Below are positions 32,765 through 33,441 of a stretch of 33,441 nt of DNA, piece after piece. A program made the position numbers and the translations under genes. Source of the DNA: Candidatus Woesearchaeota archaeon (GTDB lineage: Archaea > Nanobdellota > Nanobdellia > Woesearchaeales > GW2011-AR4); NCBI GenBank assembly GCA_016185955.1, contig JACPMQ010000071.1, positions 1 through 33,441 of the forward strand, given 5' to 3'. Numbering within the stretch: position 1 is the stretch's first letter; every line of letters begins with the position of its first letter. The notes beneath the pieces were generated by a model. It was not told the origin of the DNA, made no database searches, and saw nothing but the letters and a program-made list of their open reading frames with translations.

Positions 32765-32783
32765 ATATTTGCCATTATTGCTT

Positions 32784-33272
32784 TTAGCCAGGAAAATTCT
32801 CACCCTTCCTATGTGTTTCCTGTGCCTGGTCATATTTTCTCCTTTCTTGCTGCTTTGTCATTACACCATACTCCATTTCTTTTCTGATGTTATCAAGGTC
32901 TTCTTTAGCACCAGCTACAAAATCCTGAAGCCTTCTTGATGCTTCTATGTCCTGATATTCGTGCTGTTCGATGAAATCAAGGATATCTTCTATTTTGTTT
33001 AGCTCTTCAGTTGTCCTGTTCAGAATGTTCGGGTTGTTAGAGCATGCAGCAGCTAATTTTTTTGCATCATCCACTATTAGCATCACAAAATCCTTTTTTA
33101 GCTCTTCTGTTGACATCTCATAGCTGGCTATTTCCTTAAATAGCCTTTCATCTATATCTCCTACATCCGTTATAGATATGCCCCTTCTGTCCTTAAGGTT
33201 TCGTATAGCCATTTCTAAGAAATGCAGCCTTTCTAGGACATTATCCAGTTTGGAGGCTAGACTGTCTGCCAT
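32784..33272 (-). CDS. Hypothetical protein (helical / coiled-coil rich)
   Basis: 162-aa ORF with no recognisable motif and an acidic, helical composition. Confidence 0.5.
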   Translation of the reverse strand: MADSLASKLDNVLERLHFLEMAIRNLKDRRGISITDVGDIDERLFKEIASYEMSTEELKKDFVMLIVDDAKKLAAACSNNPNILNRTTEELNKIEDILDFIEQHEYQDIEASRRLQDFVAGAKEDLDNIRKEMEYGVMTKQQERRKYDQAQETHRKGENFPG

Positions 33273-33441
33273 AGTATAATCCTTATTTTCTTTTAATGCT
33301 TATAAACTTTTGTAACAAAAGTAACCGTTAACACCTCGTATTCTAAATATGTATGGAACATTGAAGTGGCTGCTCCAAAATAAGGGGCGGTAGGCAAGCA
33401 GAAGAATGTTAATTGTGCTATCAAAATGGCGTGTATCTGTA

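Noticed and set aside
1-33441. CRISPR arrays, rRNA genes, transposase/integrase genes
   Set aside because: I found no regularly spaced direct repeats with unique spacers, no rRNA-like sequence, and no ORF with recombinase or transposase motifs. The repeats present are palindromic hairpins at irregular positions.
33273-33441. Possible RNA gene or operator in the terminal spacer (hairpin ACTTTTG-TAA-CAAAAGT; GGGGCGGTAGGCAAGC near the window end)
   Set aside because: It consists only of a short 7-bp hairpin and a G-rich patch cut by the window edge. There is too little sequence to support any call.

Overview
AT-rich archaeal window; I infer a DPANN-like, reduced genome from gene content and operon reduction, without a database search. 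(1) 1-11654 holds the archaeal ribosomal-protein superoperon: uL2 (truncated by the window edge), uS19, uL22, uS3, uL29, aSUI1, uS17, uL14, uL24, eS4, uL5, uS14, uS8, uL6, eL32, eL19, uL18, uS5, uL30, uL15, SecY and a DUF106/Oxa1-like membrane protein. (2) 11744-11853 is a 110-nt tRNA gene carrying extra sequence in two places. (3) Next come an AI-2E-type permease, AMP/thymidine-phosphorylase family enzyme, and purH and purN on the minus strand. (4) 16.9-25.1 kb is a biotin island: BCCP, BioY, a CxxC thioredoxin-fold protein, EcfA, EcfT, BirA, biotin carboxylase and carboxyltransferase. (5) The rest is a DUF460 RuvC/RNase-H-like protein, a MoxR AAA+ / vWA pair, an MraZ/AbrB-like protein, a metallophosphoesterase, Taw1/TYW1, dUTPase and several hypotheticals. 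The most unusual signal is not a gene. Almost every long spacer is built from a mosaic of related palindromic modules. Two hairpin families (F1, TTCCACC...GGTGGAA; F2, ACACTAAAAAATCTGC...GCAGATTTTTTAGTGT) recur at gene ends, and one F1 copy sits in frame inside a coding sequence. Two paralogous 200-265-nt multi-tier foldback elements (A at 20671-20874, B at 26391-26654) share identical helices and show compensatory differences between copies. Both overlap the stop codons of the genes that run into them, and together they bracket the birA-accC-carboxyltransferase-DUF460 block. All structure calls were made by eye, with no folding, homology search or statistics.
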